Shown here piece after piece: positions 61,330 through 64,000 of a DNA stretch of 64,000 nucleotides. Origin of the DNA: Azolla caroliniana (Eukaryota > Plantae > Polypodiophyta); NCBI GenBank assembly GCA_043228905.1, contig JBHGNT010000016.1, positions 11,718,001 to 11,782,000 on the forward strand. Direction: 5' to 3'. The position numbers were made by a program, and so were the translations under genes. The notes under the pieces are model-generated. The model was not told the origin of the DNA. It was given only the letters and a program-made list of their open reading frames with translations, and did not search any database. Position 1 is the stretch's first letter. Every line of letters begins with the position of its first letter.

Positions 61330-64000
61330 AATAACATTTATTTTATTTTGATTTGTTGATTTGTTGTTCTCAAAGTTGAGACAACACTTAAGATGTAATC
61401 TCTTGTTTGGTCTTATAGGCCATTTTGGCCTCTTAAAAGACATTAATATAACTTTCTTTCTTTCTACTCTCCTCACACAACAGCCCACTCCCTTGATGTT
61501 TTGGAGCAACTGACCACACCATCATCTCTCTTTCAACTCATATTAGAGCTAGAGAGTTTCATCATGAAGAATTTCTCTCATCAAGTGATTGTGCACATGA
61601 CAGTAGGTGATTTTACCCGTTTTAGTGAAATTTTTATTAAATTGTAAAGTGCAAACATGACTACTACTGCCTCTAATCTCACAAGCTTGTTTGAGATCAA
61701 GAGATTTGAGGTAGTGATTATGATTTATGGAAAGAGAGAAATGTTAGGCGTTCTCTTTCTTAAAGGTTGTGAAGGGGCACTTCTTGAAGTCAAGCCTGAA
61801 GATATGATATCCATAGTATGGATTAAACTAAATACAAAGGCCATCACTTACATCAAGATGGTTGTATCACATGAGATCTTAAAGGTTGTGAAAGGGCACT
61901 TCTTGAAGTCAAGCTTGAAGATATGACATCTGTAGTATGGATGAAACTAAATACAAAGGCCATCACTTACATCAAGATGGTTGTATCAAATGCGATCTTA
62001 GTGGATCTGAAGTGCCTCACAATTGCTTTTAAGGTATACGAGAAGCTGCAAGCTACTTATGAAATTACCACGCTTGTAAATCAAGTTCATCTCATGCGTA
62101 AGCTCGTGTGTATGCAACTTGATGAGTCAAAAAGTGCAACTGAGCAATTATTTGCCTTTACAGATTAAGCTTAAGGCCATCTTCTTGTTGATGGCATTAC
62201 CTGATTCATGGGAAACATTGGTTGTTTCACTCTCGAATAACCCTAATCTTACGTTTGGTATCGTAAGGGGTCCTATTTTGAATGAGGAAGTCAAGTGGAA
62301 ATTTAGTGGGGGAAGTGGTTCAGCCAATGTGGCTAGAGGAAGAACATAAAAGAAAAGTGAAAATCTACAGAGGAAAAGGAGCAAAAGCAAAGCCATGGCT
62401 AAAGTGACTTGTTATCAATGTGGTCGGAAGGTCATAAGAAGCCTGATTGCAGATCTATAGAGCTGAATTAGAAAGAAAGAACACAGGTAACAAGAAGAAA
62501 AGGACAACAAGAATGAAGCATGTAACAACTTTAAGGACAAGCACAACGAGAATGCTAATGTGGGAGGGTGTCATCGTTGAGGAATCGTCAGATGCAAAAA
62601 ATATTCTTTATGCTACCATGGAAGTAGATCATGGTGAAGTTAATGATGCTTTTGTGTATATTCATGCACAAGATATGCAAATTACAAAGAGCGATCTAAT
62701 TGATGCCTTTCTTACTCTAAATGATGTTTTCTCACAAACTTGGATTGTGGATTCAAGTGCATCATTCACGTTACTCCAATTATGGCGTGTTATACTAATT
62801 TCCATGCAAGTAGCCATGGACATGTATATCTTGGAAATAACCATGGTTGTTCTATCGAAGGTATTGGCACAATGGATGGTACTAATGGGCTAGTTTTTGC
62901 ATGATGTAAGGTATGTACCAAGCATCAAGAAAAAGCTTATTGTCTATTGGACACATGGATATGCATGGATATATTACCCTCTTGGAGAAAGGGTCATGGA
63001 AGCTTATCAAAGGCTCTAGACTAATTGTTAAAGGTACTCTGTATTGATTGCATAGTAAATCTCTGATGGGCAAGTTTATTTCTTTGGCTGAAATCCATTC
63101 ACATATGGAATTAAGGCATAAAAGGCTAGACCACATGAGCCAAAACGGTTGTTGATGACTACTCTAGGAAGCTTTGGGTATATTTGTTAAAACCTAAGGA
63201 TGAAGCCTTTGATGTAGTTAAGAAATTTCATGCATTTATGTCTACCCAAACAGTTAGAAAGTTAAAAGCTTACACACTGATAATGGGGGTGAGTTTATAA
63301 CTGCTGAATTTAATAGATTTTGAGCGAATCTTGGTATTAAGAAGGATCTAACAGTCCCATACAGCCCCTCTTCCAATGGTGTGGCTGAAAGGTATAACAA
63401 GACTTTATGTGAGAGGGTGAGATGCATATTGTCTAGAGTTAAATCTCCCTCATGGATTTTGGGGAGAGGCCTTGAAAACTGCAGTTTGTGTTTGCAATAG
63501 ATCCCCTCATATGTCGTTAAAAGGTGGCATTCCTGAAAAGGTTTGGTCTGACAAATCAGCTTCATATGACCACCACCTATGCATCTTTGGCAGTGATGCT
63601 TTTGTGCATATAAAGCCTAAGTTAAGAAGCTAGTTAGACGCAAAGTCCATGAAAGGAATCTTTATGGGTTATGGAGATGAAGGTGAAACAGGCTACAGGA
63701 TTTGGCTACCTCAACTCAAGAAGGTAATCGCAGCCGAGATGTATTTAATGAGGCAAGTCTCATAAAAAATGATTATGCCTCTGAGAGTGAACATAAAAGA
63801 GTCAAATTTTAGAATAATTTAATGCACTCTGAATGCTCTAAAACAGAAGCTGAACTTTGCATTCTCAATGAAAGACCTTGGGGAAGCTGAGCATATTATG
63901 GGTATGCGAACAAACAGGAATAGGCAGCAGTATACTTTGCATTTATCCCAAGGAAAGTACATTGAAAAAGTGCTGGACAGATTTAAAGTGGCTGATGCTA
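61330..64000 (+). mobile_element. Degenerate relative of copia L, running off the window end
   Basis: Decayed PBS 61538-61549; gag from 61657 (with an internal duplication); PR and INT; a deletion jumps to late RT at ~63860. The LTR start is uncertain. Confidence 0.82.

Overview
Eukaryotic, plant-type DNA; a fern or other non-seed land plant is my inference from the Tcn1/sushi-type chromoviruses, a Sola-like transposase and a very long intron. It is almost entirely a stack of nested transposable elements, and I resolved most boundaries from LTR ends, PBS/PPT and target-site duplications (TSDs). Nesting: gypsy B (4112-14749) contains copia C. Copia D sits in the LTR of a C-family copy. Copia E contains copia F (which contains the RT/RNaseH-only element H) and gypsy G. 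Copia I contains a solo LTR of B. A B-related LTR contains the 2-kb gag::integrase-tail element K. An RTE-like LINE contains a hAT MITE, which contains an intact copia (L) with identical LTRs. The only host-gene piece I recognise is the last coding exon of ATP12/ATPAF2 (52524-52622, minus), which makes 52623-64000 probably intronic. The most unusual signals are: (1) three divergent gypsy LTR families carry an antisense tRNA-like A-box/B-box module, and family B has a self-priming (Tf1-type) PBS instead of a tRNA PBS; (2) two young minimal elements have intact in-frame fusion ORFs (RT-RNaseH only, and Gag fused to the integrase tail); (3) the intact copia has a non-CA LTR end. All coordinates were read by eye and may be off by a few bases.
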